A model generated the notes under the pieces. The model saw only the letters and a list, made by a program, of their open reading frames with translations, ran no database searches and was not told where the DNA came from. Below are positions 12,878 to 27,000 of a stretch of 64,000 nucleotides of DNA, in pieces. Origin of the DNA: Octopus vulgaris (lineage: Eukaryota); the NCBI GenBank assembly GCA_951406725.2, contig OX597831.1, positions 9,362,001 through 9,426,000 of the forward strand, in the 5' to 3' direction. A program made the position numbers and the translations under genes. The number at the start of each line of letters is the position of its first letter. Positions within the stretch are counted from its first letter, which is position 1.

Positions 12878-13431
12878 AATATCTAATTAACGACTATACC
12901 GAAGGCAAACTGAACTATGAAAATCTGCGCGAAGCTCGAAACAGAAGAGTTACAGGAATAAAGCTATTTGTACACATAATGTTTATGTTATACATATTAT
13001 AAAGATAATGAACTGTAACCATTAATTTGAACATTAAGTTGAACATTCAGTCACATGACATTTCATTTTCACTGTGTGCAGTCAAGAGAGACAAGAAGAT
13101 TACGCTGAAGTGACCCGGCAAGAAACATTACAAAGACGTGCATAATGGTTTGACATATAGAAGAGAAATAAGGAATTGATTGTTCCAACTCCGTATTCTA
13201 TACCGGTGCTGTAATCCAGGAATTGATATACAACACAAAGCATTATGACAATGGTCTTTTTTGCTTTTTTCAGAGAGTAGACTAACAAATACATTCAGCG
13301 CAAGTAATGGCACGTAACTTTTCAAAACGCAATTTCTAAAACTCTAATGGAATTTCCAGCAACCAAAAATATTCCACCAAAAATAGTGTGGAAAAAAAGA
13401 AGTGAAACGGTCAGAGAAACAGAAAATGCAG

Positions 13432-13467
<36 letters not shown>

Positions 13468-13469
13468 CA

Positions 13470-13507
<38 letters not shown>

Positions 13508-13522
13508 TGTGTGAGAGTATAT

Positions 13523-13726
13523 ACGATCTATCATGGGTCGCCATGATAGATCGTTAGCCAATACACACATTGTTTCTCTCCTTGTTTTTTCCTGTGTCCC
13601 TTTCTGTAGAAGAGCGTAGGCTCGAAACGTTAAATCCTTTTACTATTCCTGAGCGTTATACTAATACATCTGTTTGTTTTCTACACCACTTGTCTTCGTC
13701 TTTTGTTTTTTTCGTAAACTCTCCCT
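13523..13726 (+). mobile_element. Short PLE-like terminal element with 5' fold-back and minimal hammerhead-like motif
   Basis: Perfect 14-bp hairpin acgatctatcatgg-gtcg-ccatgatagatcgt (13523-13554). ttt-CTGTAGA-a-gagc-gtag-gctc-GAAAC-GTT-aaa at 13601-13634. Ends in (TA)n; a related 3' part lies at 34368-34466. Confidence 0.55.
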
Positions 13727-13736
13727 ATATATATAT

Positions 13737-14047
13737 ATCACCGTGATCACCGTGACCGACTAGGCTATCAGATGTTGCTACACATCGCTGGTCACAATGC
13801 GCTTCGCATTGTTTTAGCCTTCAAATGACGCCATCCCGCTGGTTAAGTGAGCAGGCCAACAGAAGAAAGAGTGAGAGAAATTTGTGGCGAAAGAGTACAG
13901 CAGGGATCGCCACCATCCCTTACCGAAGCCTCGTGGAGCTTTAGGTGTTTTCGCTCAATAAGCACTCACAACGCCCGGTCTGGGAATCGAAACCGCGATC
14001 CTACGACCGCGAGTCCACTGCCCTAACGACTAGGCCATTGCGCCTCC
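13737..14047 (-). mobile_element. SINE family C head with tail type 2
   Basis: Reverse complement starts GGAGGCGCAATGGCCTAGTCGTTAGGGCAG (tRNA-like A/B boxes). Tail ends cacggtgatcacggtgat into (TA)n. Confidence 0.9.
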
Positions 14048-14052
14048 ACACA

Positions 14053-14130
<78 letters not shown>

Positions 14131-14545
14131 CTTGAAATATATTCATTTGGTCGTCCTGGCTTTACCATAGAATCAACATCTGTCTTGAGTTAATTGCTTA
14201 AGTCTACTGACTAAAATGCTAGGTGCCTTATGGACAAGTTGGATTTTAGAAAACTCCTGTAGAAAACATTTACCTAAACATCAGAACATTAATTCTTAAC
14301 TCCAGTTTCTATTGTCCACAAAAGAGAAGACGAAAATAGAAAAAAAAAACCCTCAGATATTATGTATAAATACATCCATTTAAAATTAAACTTGTGTGTT
14401 CAATTCATATATAAAAAATACAAACGGACTTAAATACACGTCAACACACACAATCGCAAATACTCTCATGTAGATACGCATGAATACATACATAGTATAC
14501 CATTGAATAAGCATGCATACACACACATATCTATAGCTATTTATA

Positions 14546-14595
<50 letters not shown>

Positions 14596-14599
<4 letters not shown>

Positions 14600-14707
14600 C
14601 CTGCTCGCTTAGCCAGCGGGGTGGCGTCATTCGAAGGCTATAACAATGCGAACGCATTGTGACCAGCGAAGTGTAACAACATCTGATGGTCTGGTCGGTC
14701 ACGTGAT

Positions 14708-14715
<8 letters not shown>
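14596..14715 (+). mobile_element. 5'-truncated tail-type-2 insertion within (TA)n
   Basis: Reverse complement of 13737-13860, with (TA)n on both sides. Confidence 0.85.
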
Positions 14716-14740
<25 letters not shown>

Positions 14741-14766
14741 CTTACAGCAGATACATACATGAATAT

Positions 14767-14800
<34 letters not shown>

Positions 14801-15874
14801 AAGAGAGAGAGTGAGAAAGTGAGACAAATACACATACTTACAAGCACTCGCATGCACACATACACTTACTCACCCACACACACACACACACACACGCTCT
14901 CACACACACACGTATAGCGTTACATATTACCATAGAGAAACCCACGAACATGCTTCTATCACTATTACATTAATATATATTACAGAAACGAAATAGCATT
15001 TTCCAAAATAATGTGTCTCACAAGATGGAGACAGAACGAATGCTTTATTGATTTTTGTTTTCCATGTAAATAAACATGTTATTTAGTAGAAGTTAAGTAA
15101 ATAGTTCAGAGCTTGTCTCCCCTTATGTAAATGGTTTTTGCCTATACGTCGCTAGACATTTATGGCTCACAGCTAGCTTCTTACTATAAAGACTTGCACA
15201 GTTTGTTTCCTATGGATTGATCAAATAAAAGAAATTACGAGAAATAGGAAAGATTAATGAAAAAGTATTTGACGAAAAGCCTTCAAAAATGTGAAAATTG
15301 GAATGTTTTGTTGGCTAACAGTCAACGCTTGGTGAGTGCGTGAAAACTCACACATTAACGCCATTTTTACCAGTATCACATTTACGTATATATACATACA
15401 TACTTTGATAATACATACATACACACATGTATACAAATACATACACATGCACAAAAACACACACATGTGTAGTGGGCACCACACAGGCATACACGTATAC
15501 TTTATACATTCTTTAGGAGGAATACACGTATATATATATATAAATGCATATGCAGACGGAGGTGTAAATATATACACAATACATGCACATATAAATACAT
15601 GCATACTTAAATATATACATTTATAATTTAATGTTCCGTTATTCATAGCATAAAACACTGAGAAATAAATATCATTTAATATTCGTAATATATAGAAATG
15701 AACGAGTAATAGTTTCATGCCGTGGAAGCACGATAAAATCGGCAGATTCATATATCATGCCTTGAACACATAAAACATATTATACGTTTAAATCTGCCAA
15801 ATGACCGAGTTTCCACACCACTAATCTACCAGTAGCTTATATTTAATATACTGTGAATATTAAATGATTCATGT

Positions 15875-15923
<49 letters not shown>

Positions 15924-16739
15924 GTGAAAAACGGGATGGTCACTTTGTTTTTGTTTTGGTGCCTCGCTCTGTTGTACACGACTATGAGGATTTGCATCTC
16001 CAACGTAAATCGTCTTTTTCCCAAACTTATAAGGTAATACATGTCCTTGGAGTAGTAATTGTGCGCGGCTGAAGAAGGCTATTGACATACATATTATATC
16101 AATTATGCATTGGTATTAACTGTCTAATAAAAGCCAGAAACATATGTACTGCTAACTCCTTTGCGTCATGTTTTTCTTTTGATATATATATAAATATGGG
16201 AGAGGAAAAATTATCTAAAGGCAGAATGCTAAATTGAAGGTAAATTTTAATAAAAATGGGTGTATGGAAAATTTAAAAGATAATAACTCAAACCGGTTTT
16301 CATTGCAAAGCAAATTTTCAAGATTTCAAAGGGGAAAACATTTTTTTTTAAATTGAGGAAGGGAAAAAAAGAAATGTACAATGTTTTTACAAAAAAATAA
16401 TAATAAACATATACAAAAATTAAAAAATAAGTATACCGATGCATTGTAGAGTCTTTATGTTTTTTGAGTTCAATAATAGTCCTTGGAAACATTTCTTTGG
16501 AGGATTAAGATCCATATGATTAAACGTGGTGCTTAGTTTAAGGTGTTTAGTAAAATAATGTCTAAAAAGGAAATGGGGTAGGAGTTATCCAGTTCCTGTG
16601 AGTAAGAGGAGACAACTCTGTGGATTTTATGCTCTTCAATTGGGATTATCAATTTTTTGTCAGATAGGATGTTAGAAAAAAGGATTATGGTCATCGTGGA
16701 GTTTGCATATTAAGATACTTATTTCAGTAAATAGATTGC

Positions 16740-17100
16740 GAACATGCTGGAGCACCACTTTGAAAAGATTTAGTAGGACGAATAGAACGGTGGACATTTA
16801 TCGAAGCGTGGTGCTTATTATATTATATTATTGACAGATCACCAAGTTACGGGGTCGTAAACACACCAACGCCGGTTGTCTATCGAGCGTTGGTGGATCA
16901 CAAGCACAGATAAAATCATACCCACATACACACATACACATATATTTTCGACTGGATTCTTTCATTTTCCATCTAACAGATTCCCATATAAGGTTTTTGT
17001 TGGTCTGAGGTTATAGTAGCAGATACCCATCGAAAGCGCCACTGCGTGGAACTTAATCCTGAATGATGTGGGTACGAAGCGAGTTTGTTACCACACTGTC
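16740..17100 (-). mobile_element. SINE family B, old degenerate copy
   Basis: catgctggagcaccac...aagttacggggtcgtaaacacaccaacgccggttgtc matches the family B tail in reverse. Confidence 0.7.
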
Positions 17101-18056
17101 ACGAATATATATTTTAATACATAAGTCTATGTATCGTGATGACATTGTTCTATTATGCCAAACGTTTCCATTGTTTCTGAAATTTGAATTCATAACTGCA
17201 GAATAATACAGATTCCTTCATATTTCTCTCTCTCTCTCCCTCTCTCTTTCTGTCGTGTTTTCTCCTTTTTTTCACTGATCCCATTATTTCTGTTTCTCTC
17301 TTTGTCTCCGCTTCTCTCCCGTCTCTTTCGCTATATATAACGTTATCCTTTCGAGTTATTACCTCCCTTGGTGTAATACATGGGCAAAGCAAATGACATG
17401 CCTGAACAAGCAGAACAATATTACAGATGTTTTACCTGTAGCAAATTACAAACTAAAATCGATTTATAAACACATCTCATGTAAAATATATCTCGAAATC
17501 TTCCAAGATTCAACTCTTGTAAATTAGTTAATGCGGTAGTGGATATTTTCTGTTATAATAGAATATTAATGTTTCTTTGCGTTCTACTCTAAATTCCTTA
17601 AACAACACATCATCATCATCACCACCATTTTCATTCTGATACTGAAGACTTCGAGATGTTGTAATTTTAATGGAGTCACATATTTAGAAAGGCCATTGTT
17701 CCGAACGAAACAAATATTTTACATGGAACATAATGGAAGGCCTCAATATATAATAAACACAAAGTCGTGATTTTAATATAGCGTATTTCAAAGAAGGGCT
17801 ACAACTTACGCATATAAACAAAAATATGCATACGCACACACACACTCAGACACAGACACACACGCACACACAGATATCTATATACATATACATACGAATG
17901 TAGAAGACCACACGCACACACATACGCATATTTTTGTTTTACTTGACATATTTCAGCCGACTTTGAACACTCACAGGAAGATATTGTAAGAATTAATCGA
18001 TTTATTTAGTGGCAAGGTATTATACGCACGCACACACACACACACACACACATGAG

Positions 18057-18099
<43 letters not shown>

Positions 18100-18222
18100 C
18101 ATACACAACCATACACTACACACGCATTCACATATATACGTATACATATGTACTTATATGTAAGTACATATAAACAATATATAATTATATACGCATACAT
18201 ATATATATGTATATATATGCAT

Positions 18223-18258
<36 letters not shown>

Positions 18259-18271
18259 GCCTACACACACG

Positions 18272-18309
<38 letters not shown>

Positions 18310-18314
18310 CATAT

Positions 18315-18347
<33 letters not shown>

Positions 18348-18494
18348 GAGGCATACACATGCATACATTTACATATACGTGTGCGTAACCTAGATATTCA
18401 ATGTTCACAACGCAAAAAATATGGCATAGTGCTGTATTGACACACATAAGCAAACATAAAATTCATTGAAAATATAAGTATTATCTAATAAAAC

Positions 18495-18720
18495 GTTTCT
18501 GGAAATAGTATTGTTCCGAATTGGCAGACTGTTTTCTTCTTTCAGCCATAGTTATTATCACTTCAGGCCACAAACAACAAATATTCGTTTGCCAAAAAGC
18601 AATTATTTTTTTACTCACATACAAATGAAGTAAACTTCTCTTGAAAAACTGACGCCACTTCTTTGAAATTTTCGATAAGGAATCTTCTAGACGAAAAGGA
18701 GATGTGTAAAAGTTTCCATT
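18495..18720 (-). pseudogene. PLE RT fragment (decayed)
   Basis: With one frameshift, the minus strand reads ITMAE/EENSLPIRNNTISRN, resembling PLE FTMEEExNxSLPFLDVxISR. Confidence 0.4.
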
Positions 18721-18879
18721 ATTCTGTTGGTACTGTACAAGTCTCGATTCATACTTGTTTGTTGGATCTCAAATTCGTTACGCTGACTCGTCAATGGCTC
18801 CCTAGCTACCGTCTCGGCTATTAACTTGGAGCCCTAGTAATCCTTTATAGCACTTACCTAGCGTACCTAATCTCTCCCT

Positions 18880-19325
<446 letters not shown>

Positions 19326-20123
19326 CACATACATATGTGCACGCTTATATATTTGTACACCAAGGCGACCACTTGTCATCACTTATAGGACGCACCTAAA
19401 TAGTGGCCTCTCTTTAGTTCTCCCTTGTTTGATCTCCAAAATTTGTAGCAAAATCTTATCAGATCCAATTCATCCGATTTGAAAACTGAAGGCCATGTCT
19501 GAACAATGCAGTCCTAGATTCGTGTATCTTAAAAATATATCTAGAAAAATAGGATTAGCAAAGTAAAACGTATTCATGTGTGTTCTCTCATGGCTGGGCT
19601 GTGAAGAAACAACAACAACAACAACAACAACGTTACGAAAAAGAACCATTGACATAATTAGAACGGCTGACTCATCCTTTGCTTGTGCAGTCTGCTATTT
19701 GAATACTTTTTGGTCATCCATAACTGTCTGAAAGTATTAAACTTTACATAAAATCTTAGCAAAGCTCTGTCATAATATATTCAGGGATATTTCAATCATC
19801 TTCTTTTGGAATATTCCTTCTTCTCGTTTCTTATACAACTGCAAGTGTTCTGTGATGCCGAAGTAAATTCGAACTGTTTTGTTCTGCGGTGTTCTTTCTC
19901 TCATTGTAGAAGTAAATATATTAAAGTTGTGCGTAAACAAATATTCGAATGTTATTATTTACCTTTATTTTTGCAGTCTTCTTTTTTTCAATATAATTAC
20001 ATTATTTAGTTTATTCGATAAAAAAATTCTTTTTACTTGTAAACTGTTAAAAGAGTCATGTGGTTTTGAATTGCATTGTTATACAGAGAGAAATAGATAA
20101 ATACATGTGATGTGTGATATTAA

Positions 20124-20221
20124 GAGATAATTCGTAAAGTGTGACGTAATGCGCGAAAAAAAAAACAGGTCAGGCCATCATTAGAAAACAATGATAAAAG
20201 TTCAAAGAAACAATAGAAGCA
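20124..20221 (+). repeat. ~100-bp dispersed repeat; second copy at 25191-25298
   Basis: Both copies share gagataattcgtaa..gtgacgtaatgcgcgaaaaa...aaacaatgataaaagttcaaagaaacaatagaagca. Confidence 0.85.
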
Positions 20222-20470
20222 TTGTATTAATGCAGAAGTGTTTGTTTTTATAAAGACAATTATTTTTCTTTATTAACGCACGCCTCCTCGTGTTCTGAGC
20301 TCAAATACCAGCGGAGAATAAATTACCAAATAACTATTTAGAACGTCGTAAACGACTGTTATAGGGAGCTGCCAAATTTAATCCTGAAAATGATTGAAAA
20401 CATGGGACGAAATATTTTGGGGTCACTCGCGCAATAAGTAGTTGAAATTGTTGTGAGGGGAAATGTCTCC

Positions 20471-20757
20471 GAGGGTTTCTCTAAGTTTATGCTCCTGAGA
20501 ACCACTCTGCTTTCTGATCCAAACTTTTATTTTACTGATGATTATGACAGCGTGTGGAAGTTCTTAACTTCCACATGTTGGAAGTTCTTAACAACTAGAA
20601 AATTCTATCCATTCGGCACTTCCCTTTATATAACATTATGGTAATGTGTGCAAAAGTACGGTCAAAGGAGGCTGTACTTCTGTTTGATACGATATACACT
20701 ACACCCAACCGTTTGTTCGTCGTCAGACATATCAATTGGCTATATGATATATCATTT
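20471..20757 (+). repeat. ~285-bp direct repeat; second copy at 23211-23493
   Basis: Both copies share gagggtttct..aagtttatgctc...ctgatccaaacttttattttactgatgattatgac...gttcgtcgtcagacatatcaattgg. Confidence 0.9.
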
Positions 20758-22148
20758 CTTCTGATCTATGTCTCTCTTTCTGCGCCGATGGCGATTCATC
20801 GACCGAGAGGAGGTGAAAGCTTCATTGAAGGAGTTCTCTGGCTCGAGAGACAACAACTGGTATCAGCGTGGAATCAAACAATTAAGAGAAAAGTGGTTTG
20901 GGGCGAAACACGCTGAATACTAACGTTGATTTTGTTGTAACTTTATAAATGAGGAAAAAGTTACCACAGTATTGCAAAATTTTGACTCAGTACAATCCAA
21001 AACAATGGGAAAAGTCTGTGTTTCATGTCTGTCAAAACACGTCAAACACAAGAAGAAAATACGATAGATTCTGACACATGGCATATAGTTAGTTGAAGGC
21101 TTTCAATCAAGATTAACCAAGCGATTAGTAGAGCAAACCAGGATCTAAGAATAGAATAACAGTCAACAGTTGTAACTCCACAAAAAAAAAAAAATAGTTG
21201 ATCAACATTTTGCCAATATAGTCAACAGTGATCGAAGTGAACTGATTTGTTAATTTTGAAACAATACTGGGGGAAAGCTGCGGTATGTTTCGATATAGTT
21301 ATGATTCCTCGGAGGCGCCTTGTTTTAATTTCTCTACTCGTTTGAAGTTATGCAGCTATGCTGATACATGCATTAGGGGTTTTAGGTGCACACATCCAGC
21401 CAAGTAATGTTTTAAAAAAATCTGGTCCTCATTCTGTCAATCTTTTCAGTGGAACGGCTAAATTGCGGGATCGTAAGCCAAGTAACACCGGTTGTCATGT
21501 AGTCGTGAGGGACAGGCACAAACACAAACTCTTACAAAACCAAACGCACACACACATATGGAAAGTGATTCCGCACGATTTCCATCTACCAAATTCCCTC
21601 ACAAGTCTTTTTTTCTGTCTTGTTACCCTTTGTCCTATTTTTTCTTGTGCTTGTGCGTATATAGACGTGTGTATGAACATTTATGGTGCGTGTGTGTTTG
21701 GGTTTGTATGTATATAAATATACATTTGGCAAATGGTGAGAGTGAAGATGTGTACGTTTTCAAGTGAGGCTGGAGGAATGTATAATTTTAGGCGCACGAA
21801 CGTGGGTGCACGAGCGCGCATGTGTAGGTATGAACATGCGCACTTACGCGAATACTATGAACTTACTTTTACTCCCTCCCCTTACTTAGCGGTCATTCGA
21901 ATAGCTCTTTTGTCTTAATAACGGCCAATCACACAGTAATTTCCCTTTGTATAACGGTCATTTTTCATAACATTTTTCCGATGGCCCGATAACTGAAGAG
22001 ATGGCGGCGTGGATTTCCACCTCGGCATCCTAAACTCGGAGTTTTATCATGGCTACCAAATAATTGTCACATATTACATTTACAGATAAATTCCTCTATT
22101 TACATAATATCGAGGTCTCTTTCTTTCTTTTGTTGTCTTACCATTTTT

Positions 22149-22283
<135 letters not shown>

Positions 22284-22339
22284 CTGAGAGGGAACTTCAT
22301 AACGCATCATTTGTGTCATTAATAAAAAGATGACTGCTG

Positions 22340-22510
22340 AATGCAAGTCCAACTTGAACGTGACAGACTTGGCTATATGTTTTGTCACGCAGTATTTTGA
22401 GAGAGCCACAAGGCTCACTGCCAGGGACATTGGTGGCGATGTAGATTCCTAGATATTTGCTGCTTTCTTGATATCTTCTTATTGAGCGAGGAAGTCTTGT
22501 TCTAAACATT
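22340..22510 (-). pseudogene. Non-LTR retrotransposon (CR1/L2/Jockey-like) RT C-terminal fragment
   Basis: [16 protein letters not shown] matches the KYLGIxIxxNL motif at the end of LINE RT domains. Confidence 0.55.
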
Positions 22511-23577
22511 GTAGTATACGATTCTACAACGCGTTTTAGAGTAATTGCTGGATTTTTCCATTAGTTGCCAGGTTTTGCGCAGTTTCTCATGAGTTTTCCC
22601 CTTTTCCACCTGGAAACGAAAATGAAAATAATCTGAACGTAAGGTTTAATCCCAATAGATTAGCTTACTTAAGAAACCACGAATGCAAATATATGAAATA
22701 GGTGAAATCAAACTAAGAATTTTAAAATAAAGAATGCATAACAACAACACAAATAAAGAAACAAAACCCAAACCCGAAACCTTTGTGAATGGAAACCATA
22801 AGATAAGCGAAGCACGTGCAAGAACAACGAAGTAAATAACACAAACAATGTAATGATTAACAAGAAAAACAAAATAAAAAGTACCTGCAACAATAAAAAA
22901 TAAAGCATAAATAAAAAGAATTTTAAGGAAATTTACAAAGGAAAACTTCACAAGATGGTGAGCTGAAGCAATAGAATTATATTATAGATGTTAGATTTAT
23001 TATAGAAACAAAACTTTAAGTCGAGTTACCATTTGAGGAACAAAGTTCGCGAAGATAACTCTCAAAAATCAAATATTGATGAATTTCAAATATTTTGTGG
23101 CTCTACAGAAAATACACTGCAATCATAAAGCATTTTCACTGCCTCGGTCATCACGTAAGTCATAATTCCGCACCACTTTTTGGAGAGGTTAAAATTATTG
23201 CAACACCAACGAGGGTTTCTGTAAGTTTATGCTCGTGAGAACAACTCCGCTTGCTGATCCAAACTTTTATTTTACTGATGATTATGACAACGTGTGGAAG
23301 TTCAATATTTTACACACTCTAAACAACTAGAAAGTTCTATGCATTGGACACTTCCCTTTATTTAACATTATGGTAATGCATGCAAAATTAAGCGAAGTAC
23401 GGTTAAAGGAGGCTGTACTTCTGTTTGATATACACTACACCCAAGCATTTGTTCGTCGTCAGACATATCAATTGGTTATATGATATATTATTTAGACGCC
23501 AGTGAATGAAAGCCTATACAATTTCATTCATTCCTATGTGAAGGCAATCGTTTCAATTTAATCAGAATTATTAGATA

Positions 23578-23756
23578 CTAGCAGTATCACCCGGCGTTGC
23601 TCGGGTTTGTAAGGGAAATAACTATATAAGCATTTTTAGAGAGTTATAGCCAAAAAATATCAAAAAATGCATTAAAAATGGAAAAAAAATTATGGTAAAT
23701 TTTTAAAAAAATCGTTGACTCATCGTAGACATTTTTAGAGAGTTACTTCCCTTATA
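23578..23756 (-). mobile_element. Non-autonomous Helitron/Helentron-like element
   Basis: Minus-strand 3' end is a cccgagcaacgccggg hairpin followed by atactgCTAG|T. Sub-terminal inverted pair taagggaaataact / agttacttccctta. Confidence 0.7.
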
Positions 23757-23759
23757 TAT

Positions 23760-24020
23760 GTATATATGTGTATATGTATGTGTGTGTGTATTTTTGTGTT
23801 TGTCCCCCTAGCATTACTTGACAACCGATGCTGGTGTGTTTATGTCCCAGTCACTTAGCGGTTCGGCAAATGAGACCCATAGAATAAGTACTGGTTTTGC
23901 TTACAAAGAATAAGTCCTGGGGTCGAGTTGCTCGATTAAAGGCGGTGGAGCATGGCCGCAGTCAAATATGAAACAAGTAAAAGAGTAAAAACGAGAGTAA
24001 AGGCAGTAAAAGAGAGTAAA
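23760..24020 (+). mobile_element. SINE family B, 3' half
   Basis: gtttgtccccctagcattacttgacaaccgatgctgg...gaaacaagtaaaagagtaaaa. Confidence 0.88.
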
Positions 24021-27000
24021 ATGTGAGAGTATACATCACGCGTTGCTTTTAGGGCTCTGTCAACCGTTCCCTACTTTGTCGGGACCTCTTACTCTTAAGT
24101 GGAGAGAAGCATTGTTTAGAACGAAGACACAATATCAAATATGGGGGCAAAACGTTTTTTTAAAAATTGTTTTAGTAAAATGCGTCGAATATCGGTCAAC
24201 GGCTGATTTTTGATATCCTCACGATTTGCCAAATCGATCATAAATATTGAGACAGAAATAAAAGCCCTGCAGTCGCCGCTTTCCTGTTATCGTTTGTAAC
24301 ATGTCGCTGGTAATTGATAATGAATGGACGGAAGTGTATGCATATCTCTAATAATAGGAAAGAACAAGTGTTTTCACACCTCTGTCTTCCGTTCTTGTTC
24401 TGCTTCGTCTCCAACAAGATTTTGTACACTGACTGGCTTATTCACTCATATGTATTATTCTGTTCTCTATTTTTCTTCTCCAAATACTTCCATTGCTTTT
24501 CTAGTTCTCTTCTCTATTTCGGTAACCCCCGCCTCTCTCTCTCTCTCCTTTCCCTCTTTTCACTCTCTATCTCTCTTTTGTCACCTATTCAATCATCACT
24601 TTTCTTTCATCTCCGTTTCTATGTTTCAAGTCTTTTATGACGATCGCTCTAGCACAATTAACCGATCCTTGGATACTTTGAGCGGAATAATTTCTGCAGC
24701 AAAATATTCCAAACAAAAACAAATAAAAAATACAATAAATAAACCATTTAACGATTTCTAGAAACTCTTGTAAAAAATGTAACTCGGTCAGCGTTGAAGC
24801 ATCTCGATAATACAGATATTAAAATTTCTAAGTAGGCAGACGACTACACTTTGAAACCAGGCACACAGTTTGCTTACGCTTTTTTAAAAACTGATTGAAG
24901 GTATCGTATTTATGGCTACTCAATACAATTCATCAAGAATTCATTTCCGCACATTAATTTTCTCATTTGATAAAAGATGTGTTTTTTTACTCAGATAATT
25001 TTTTAAATCTTCTTTTTCAATTTGAAAATTCTTAGGTTTAAAAGTTGATATTGTTATATTCAGTATTTATTGTAACTTCTACACGCTGTTTGGTAATTTG
25101 AATCGGAAGATGTGAGATGTGAAGAGGCAAGATGTCATTAACACTGATGTTAATGAATCTCCAAACCTGGTTTTCGATGTATGATGTTTGGAGATAATTC
25201 GTAACATGTGACGTAATGCGCGAAAAACGAAAAAAAGAAAAACAGGCCAGGCCATCAGGGGGAAACAATGATAAAAGTTCAAAGAAACAATAGAAGCACA
25301 AGGAATTTGGCTACAAGTACACACACACACACGGGAACCTGTACACGCACACACACACACGCACATACACTCGCACACCTACGGATACACACACAGACAC
25401 ATAGACACACACAACTACGGACACACACACATACAGATATACATACGTATTTGCATAATACATTCACAAATACACATATACGTATAAATATATGTTTGTG
25501 TGTTTGTATGTGTATGTGTGTGTATGTGTGTATGTGTGTGTGTGTGTGTGTAAATATACACGCATTTCTTACTTAAATATTTATTATTTATTATTTTTGT
25601 TACACGTCCTACAAATCTGGAATATTGTTAAGTGAGATATGTAAATCCTTTATTAGCGTGAAATTACGAAAAATTACGAAATTACGCCAATTGCGAAGTG
25701 TTCGGAAGATCTAATTCCTTATTAAAGATTGGAAGAGGATAATTCTATGACTCAGCCGAATCCTTACAATGAATTTGGTGTGTCATGTGGGAACATCTTT
25801 CTATTCATGTTATACCTCTAAGTTCTCTTGTCGTATTTGTCATAATATTTGACTGAAACGATAAAGTCTCAATATTTGTGATATCCGGAACCCCAGCCAA
25901 CTGTTATAAATACTCCACAAGCATTTACTAATGCTACATAGAAACTCAAAACCTTATAAACACAATTGGCAGGCATGGGGAATACGTGATTCGACCAGAC
26001 TATTCTTTACTGAATCAAATAATCCAAAAGTAATATTCTTCGCTCGAACACATTTTTCGGGCAACATCGTCGACTAAATAATGTTTTTAACTGTTTCTGG
26101 CAGGGTTAAATATACATGTGGCTGCAACCGAAAGACAGAAAAACTGGAATGGTTCTAAATCTTGTGACACATTCTCAAATGACTTGCATCTATCAGATGA
26201 AATGAATCATAAAATTACATACACTAGAGTCGCGCTCATGTCTTTTCCAGACTCTCTAACAGACATTAAACAGAGTTGACACCTTTCTGCACGGAAGTTC
26301 ACAGAAACGACAATTCCAGACAATATCATAGTTTAGCAATTTAAGATGGCGAGGCACCTGAAAATGTCAAAGAGAAGACGGCTTTTGTAAATGACATTTC
26401 TCTATTCGTATCTTATGATACTAACTTATATAAGTTTGTTGCTTACGGAACTTTAGTGGTTGATTAGATTGTTCTTAATAATATACATATGTGTGTATTT
26501 ATGTAATATATATATATATATATATGTAAATGTAAATGTGTGTATACATGTAGACATATGTATGCATTTACGTAATATATAAAGGGAACGCTGTGTAAAT
26601 AACAGAGTCAAGATTAATTGAAAATAGAAGACGCAACGAAAATTTTAGGACAATAAAAATAAGAAAAAAGTGGAAATTTTACCGGTGAGTGTGTTATATT
26701 ATAAGGCACGAAAAGAAACTGATTCTCTCCAGACACAATAGAATATGCTTCAACACACGAACTCATATAAAGAATCTTGCAAACCAAATCCAAAAACGAA
26801 ATATATATATATACATATGGACGTATGTAGACACACATATATATATAAGATACGCGTTTGCAATTTGACAATGAAATATTTAAGGTCTTCAAATTGTAAC
26901 CGGATGCAGACTATGTTGTGACTCACCTTTCTATTTACAGCCAAGCAGCCTTGTCAGTTTTCCTCCCATTCTAAATGCTATAAAATATTTACTAAAAAGT

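Noticed and set aside
19740-19910. Possible Crypton/tyrosine-recombinase fragment (ALLRFYVK, minus strand)
   Set aside because: Only one short motif, too weak without an HMM search.
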